The position numbers and the translations under genes are program-made. Positions 31,815-36,327 of a stretch of DNA of 36,327 bases are shown piece after piece. How positions within the stretch are numbered: position 1 is the stretch's first letter; each line of letters opens with the position of its first letter. The stretch comes from an uncultured Oxalobacter sp. (GTDB taxonomy: Bacteria > Pseudomonadota > Gammaproteobacteria > Burkholderiales > Burkholderiaceae_D): positions 27,374-63,700 of the forward strand of contig CAZWTQ010000002.1 of NCBI GenBank assembly GCA_964636975.1. The letters run 5' to 3'. The notes beneath the pieces were generated by a model. That model saw only the letters and a program-made list of their open reading frames with translations. It made no database searches and was not told the DNA's origin.

Positions 31815-32942
31815 TCAGCCAGCTAAAGGAGTAATTTTCGGCAGCTTCCCCTGTACAGGAAGCAACGATACTGGTACATCCGCACATTGGGCACGGTATT
31901 GCAAGACAGCATCCATCAAAACTAATGCAAGCATAGCTTCAGCAACAGGAACTGCTCGGATACCGACACAGGGATCATGCCGTCCTGTTGTTTTAACGGT
32001 AACAGGTTCCCCACAAGTATTGATGGACTGGCGAGGTAATTGAATAGATGGGGTGGGTTTCACAGCAATGGCGACCCTAATTTCCTGCCCAGTTGATATG
32101 CCCGCTAGAATGCCACCTGCATGGTTACTGACGAAACCGTCAGGCAGGATGGCATCAGTCTAGTCAGAACCTTTTTGAACAATTGCAGCAATACCATCCC
32201 CAATTTCAACACCTTTGACTGCATTGATACCCATCATTGCAGCGGCGATTTCTGCATCCAATTTCTCTGCCAACGGGTTGCCCAAACCAACAGGGACTCT
32301 CTTCGCAACAATATCGACTTTTGCTCCGATGGAATCACCTGCTTTGCGAAGAGCATCAATGGTTACTTCCATTGATGTTAGCAACGTAACATCATCGGTC
32401 GCTGCAAAGAAGGGGTTACTAGTAGTATATTCCCACGATCTGAACGGCACTGGTATGGTGCCCAGCTGGGAAAGGCAAGCATGGATTTCTGTACCAAATT
32501 GTGCTTTCAGCCACTTTTTGGCCACTGCACCAGCAGCCACAGTTGTAGCAGTCAACCGAGCAGATGAACGCCCCCCTCCCCGTGGATCACGAATACCATA
32601 TTTCATAAAGTAAGTGTAATCACCATGTGCTGGGCGAAAAACTTCGGCAATTCTGCTGTAATCTTTGCTACGCTGATCCTGGTTCTCTATCAGCAACGCA
32701 ATCGGACTTCCGGTAGTCTTACCTTCATAAACACCCGATAGAATCCTGACTATATCTGGTTCACTGCGTTGGGTCACAAAACGGGAACTTCCAGGACGGC
32801 GACGGTTAAGGTCATACTGGATGTCTGCTTCAGATAACACCATTCCAGGAGGACAACCGTCAATGATACATCCTAATGCTATTCCATGGGATTCCCCGAA
32901 AGTCGTCACCGTAAACCATTTTCCGAAAGTATTGCCTGCCAT
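31815..32942 (-). pseudogene. aroC: Chorismate synthase with one in-frame TAG at codon 261 (32160-32162)
   Basis: [39 protein letters not shown], then [28 protein letters not shown]...KPTPSI...[11 protein letters not shown], all in one frame to TGA at 31815. Identity is certain; pseudogene versus sequencing error is not. Confidence 0.85.
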
Positions 32943-33681
32943 AGTGATACCTGTTTCAATGAGATGGAAGAGGTAAAAAGATTCCAGCACGACGCATGGA
33001 ATAAATATCCTAATACATTTCCTGCTAAAAACTAAACGTTTTTAAGAACATTTTTTAGCTTACATATAACCTCATTCCTATTATTAATAATTCAAGCAAA
33101 TAAACATTATCATATCAACAAAAAGCGCTGCATAAAATTATCGATAAATAATCCCAACAGTATGTTTCCTGAATATTCGCTCTATATTAAATAACTGTTA
33201 TTTTTGTCGCAGATGTTTTCACAACAATCAATATATTTATTCGCCCTTTCAATTTTTCTCAACGAGAAGTAATAAATTTGAGATATTCGAAAAACAACAA
33301 ACATAAATCAGTATAACAAAAATGTTCTTTCTTGCCACAACAATGCAACCCACAAAATCGCTTGATTTGCTATAGCAAAGAATTTTTATTATTCCTAAAT
33401 TTTTTCGAAAAGAACTGGATAACCAACCAAAAATTTCTGGTTTTTACAGAACATCCTATTAAAGGAAGTATAATCAATGGAATATGATTACATACCTTAT
33501 CATGCAATCACAAAACAAATAATAATTAATGGTTCTTATTTTTGAATTTCATTTTTATCTTTATCTTCTTAATATCACATTTAAAAACCTGCCTATATAA
33601 TCCCATTATAACGTATCTTACATCAATATATTTTACATCCTACCTAAAAACAACCTCTTTTGCTAGAAGCGGATTATTCTA

Positions 33682-35169
33682 TCATCTCATCAGTGAAACA
33701 CGGACAGCCAAGATACACCAATCCATCAACGGCTCTGGCAGGACGCCGAAGAAAACAATGAGCGCTCCATTAAGTAGCAGGGCAACGCCAGTATCTTTCG
33801 GGATAGGGATACGCTTAGTATCGGAAGGAACATCCAAGTACATGAGTTTGACGACACGCAGATAAAAGAACCCACCAACAACAGCAAAGAGAATACCGAT
33901 GACAGCGAGCCATGTCAAACCGACATCAATGGCTGCCCGGAAGACAGCGACTTTGCCATAGAAACCTACCAATGGTGGCACGCCAGCGAAGGAGAACATA
34001 CAAACCATCATGACCAGCGCTATCCAAGGACTCTGATAGTGCAACCCCTTAAAATCTTCAAGTTGTTCGGATTCTTTCCCATTTTGGGACAGCACTATGA
34101 TGACACCGAAAGTACCTAGAGTAGCAAGCACATAGATAGCGGTATAGTACATGGAAGCTCCATAGGAAGTCGTAAAAACACTGCCTTCACTGGTCATGTC
34201 AACTCCTGAGAGTATGCCCAATAGCATATAGCCCATATGCGAGATAGTAGAATACGCTAGCATCCGTTTGATGTTTTTTTGCATAATGGCAACCAAGTTA
34301 CCAAATGCCATCGATAGGATGGCAACAACGATGAGCATCGGCTGCCAATCAAGTGCCATTGGTAGGAATGCTTGTGCCAAAATTCTCAAACAAACTGCAA
34401 AGCCTGCAAGTTTCGGTGCACCACCGACCAGCAAGGTCACAGCAGTCGGAACGCCTTCAAAGACATCTGGTAGCCACATATGAAACGGAACTGCTCCCAA
34501 TTTGAAGGCAATACCACAGACAATGAACACTATGCTAAAAACCAGAATCAATTCGTTGGTAGGTTGTGCGGCAAGGTTTTGCGCAATCTCTGAGAACTTG
34601 AAAGTACCTGTCACGCCATAGACCATTGAAATGCCGTAGAGCATGAAACCTGTCCCTAAAGCTCCGAGAATGAAATATTTAGTAGCAGCCTCCACTGCTT
34701 TGCTATCCTCCCGCTTGAGAGCTGCCAATGTGTAGAGCGGGAAGGTCATGATCTCAACACCAAGATAAAGCGTCAGAAAATCACCAGAAGAAATAATGAC
34801 CATCTGCCCGAGCAAAGAGAAGAGAGCAAGCAGATAGAAGGCACCACCCAGATAGGATGCTGTCAGATTTCTATCATTCACGTAACGGCGAGCATAAATC
34901 AATGTCAGGAACATCGCGACATAAGTGAACAACTTGAGCATCTGGGCAGCCGGATCAACAATGAAAGCTCCGTGGAATGTAACGGTTAAGCTACTAAAAC
35001 CTATCAACCAAATAGTCCCAACTGTACAAACACCAATTACCAGAACGGAAAGCCAAAAGGTGATGTCCCTATATTTTTGCGACATGAACAGATCCAGTAA
35101 CATCAAGAGGGGCAGTGATGCTACCAAAATCAGTTCGGGAACTGCAGGGATCAAGTCCATCGCTTCCAT
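33682..35169 (-). CDS. nuoN: NADH-quinone oxidoreductase subunit N
   Basis: EAATKYFILGA, FKLGAVPFHMWLPD, NIKRMLAYSTISHMG, AGVPPLVGF, YLRVVKLMY. Confidence 0.96.
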   Translation of the reverse strand: MEAMDLIPAVPELILVASLPLLMLLDLFMSQKYRDITFWLSVLVIGVCTVGTIWLIGFSSLTVTFHGAFIVDPAAQMLKLFTYVAMFLTLIYARRYVNDRNLTASYLGGAFYLLALFSLLGQMVIISSGDFLTLYLGVEIMTFPLYTLAALKREDSKAVEAATKYFILGALGTGFMLYGISMVYGVTGTFKFSEIAQNLAAQPTNELILVFSIVFIVCGIAFKLGAVPFHMWLPDVFEGVPTAVTLLVGGAPKLAGFAVCLRILAQAFLPMALDWQPMLIVVAILSMAFGNLVAIMQKNIKRMLAYSTISHMGYMLLGILSGVDMTSEGSVFTTSYGASMYYTAIYVLATLGTFGVIIVLSQNGKESEQLEDFKGLHYQSPWIALVMMVCMFSFAGVPPLVGFYGKVAVFRAAIDVGLTWLAVIGILFAVVGGFFYLRVVKLMYLDVPSDTKRIPIPKDTGVALLLNGALIVFFGVLPEPLMDWCILAVRVSLMR

Positions 35170-35183
35170 TGCGTTCCTGTTCC

Positions 35184-36327
35184 TTACAGCTTGGACCGTC
35201 CGATCAATGCCATCAAGTCTGCAACCGATACTTGCATGGCATCAGTGATAATGGCAGGATAAACGCCGATGGCAACCACACAAATTGCCAAGAGTACAAG
35301 AAACAGGCTTTCCCTGACACTGATGTCTTTCAATACTGCAACCTGCTTATTACCAACTGGTCCATACAGTACTCGTTTGATCATCCAAAGAGTATAGGAT
35401 GCTCCCAAAACTAAGGAAAATCCCGCAGCACAAGCTATCCAAAGATTAGCCTTGACAGCTCCCATAATGACAAGAACTTCTCCAACAAAACCGGATGTAC
35501 CAGGCAACCCGATATTGGCAAAAGCAAACAGGACAAAAAATGTGGCAAAACGAGGCATAACATGAACCACGCCACCATAATCGGCAATTTGCCGTGTATG
35601 CATTCGATCATAGAGAACTCCTACGCAAAGGAACATGGCAGCGGAAACCAAACCATGAGAGATCATCTGAACCACAGCACCATCTAATGCGATTTCTTGA
35701 AAAAGGAAAAAGCCCAATGTGACGAATCCCATATGTGCTACAGAAGAATAGGCGATAAGTTTCTTCATGTCTTTCTGAATCAACGCCACCAACCCAATGT
35801 AGATGACAGCAACAAGAGACAATGTAATGACGAACCAATTTAGATGCCGACAGGCATCAGGAACAATAGGCAGTGAAAAACGGGTGAAGCCATAAGCTCC
35901 GAGTTTCAGCATGATAGCCGCCAAGATGACGGAACCGCCTGTTGGTGCCTCGACATGAGCATCAGGCAACCAAGTATGAACTGGCCACATCGGTGTTTTG
36001 ACAGCAAATGCCAACAAGAATGCCAAGAAAACCCAAACCTGCGGTGTCAAAGGCATTTTCAGCGCATACCAGTCATAAAGATTGAAACTGTTTGTCTGGA
36101 GATAAAGATAAATGAGTGCCAGTAACATCGGCAATGAACCTAAAAAGGTATAGAGAAAAAATTTGAAGGCAGCATAAATACGACGTTCACCACCCCATAA
36201 CCCAATGATAATGAACATCGGAATCAATGTTGCTTCAAAAAAAACATAGAATAATAGCCCATCAAAGGTAGCAAATACTCCAATCATCAAACCTGACAAG
36301 ATAAGGAATGCTCCCATATACTGGGCG
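35184..36327 (-). CDS. nuoM: NADH-quinone oxidoreductase subunit M, 3' part (runs off window end)
   Basis: FYVFFEATLIPM, KTPMWPVHTWLPDAHVEAPTGGS, LKLGAYG, KKLIAYSSVAHMG, GLPGTSGFVGE. Confidence 0.96.
   Translation of the reverse strand, partial: AQYMGAFLILSGLMIGVFATFDGLLFYVFFEATLIPMFIIIGLWGGERRIYAAFKFFLYTFLGSLPMLLALIYLYLQTNSFNLYDWYALKMPLTPQVWVFLAFLLAFAVKTPMWPVHTWLPDAHVEAPTGGSVILAAIMLKLGAYGFTRFSLPIVPDACRHLNWFVITLSLVAVIYIGLVALIQKDMKKLIAYSSVAHMGFVTLGFFLFQEIALDGAVVQMISHGLVSAAMFLCVGVLYDRMHTRQIADYGGVVHVMPRFATFFVLFAFANIGLPGTSGFVGEVLVIMGAVKANLWIACAAGFSLVLGASYTLWMIKRVLYGPVGNKQVAVLKDISVRESLFLVLLAICVVAIGVYPAIITDAMQVSVADLMALIGRSKL

Noticed and set aside
32160-32162. Genome-wide TAG reassignment or pyrrolysine as the explanation of the aroC stop
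   Set aside because: accA, trmB, accD and trpA end at TAG at normal lengths, no other intact gene in the window has an internal TAG, and no pyl genes are visible.
33477-33545. Tyr-rich 22-codon ORF MEYDYIPYHAITKQIIINGSYF with an AAGGAAG RBS as an attenuator leader for aroC
   Set aside because: It is on the plus strand, pointing away from the minus-strand aroC. No terminator/antiterminator structure is evident, and Tyr/Ile richness is expected in AT-rich DNA.
33542-33865. 107-aa plus-strand ORF in the track
   Set aside because: TTG start, AT-driven low-complexity composition, and antisense overlap with nuoN.
1-36327. CRISPR array, IS element, integrase, riboswitch or tandem repeat array
   Set aside because: Reading the intergenic regions by eye showed no spaced direct repeats, terminal inverted repeats with a transposase, or recognisable riboswitch core. 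A covariance-model scan would be needed to exclude ncRNAs fully.

Overview
Mostly core-genome housekeeping DNA from a Betaproteobacterium. Gene order and protein style suggest Burkholderiales, possibly Oxalobacter-like (inference only). Left to right: tilS (partial), accA, cysS, ppiB, lpxH, cysE, rlmB, rnr, tRNA-Leu(CAG), a ~1.1 kb decayed accessory spacer, trmB, a large DUF748/AsmA-like protein, greB, the long minus-strand run purF-cvpA-dedD-folC-accD-trpA-trpB-trpF-truA-(GNAT)-asd-leuB-leuD-(small lipoprotein)-leuC-MFS-aroC, an AT-rich spacer, then nuoN and nuoM (partial). I found no CRISPR array, intact mobile element or clearly new multi-gene system. The most notable observations: (1) aroC is interrupted by a single in-frame TAG at codon 261 with both halves intact; (2) a frameshifted relic of a Type III R-M Mod-type DNA methyltransferase, missed by the ORF track, lies downstream of tRNA-Leu; (3) the DedD homologue lacks its SPOR domain; (4) a GNAT gene occupies the asd-truA slot that usually holds fimV; (5) an unannotated 43-aa entericidin-like ORF sits between leuC and leuD; (6) RNase R lacks a basic C-terminal tail. 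All family calls come from motif recognition by eye; no searches were run.
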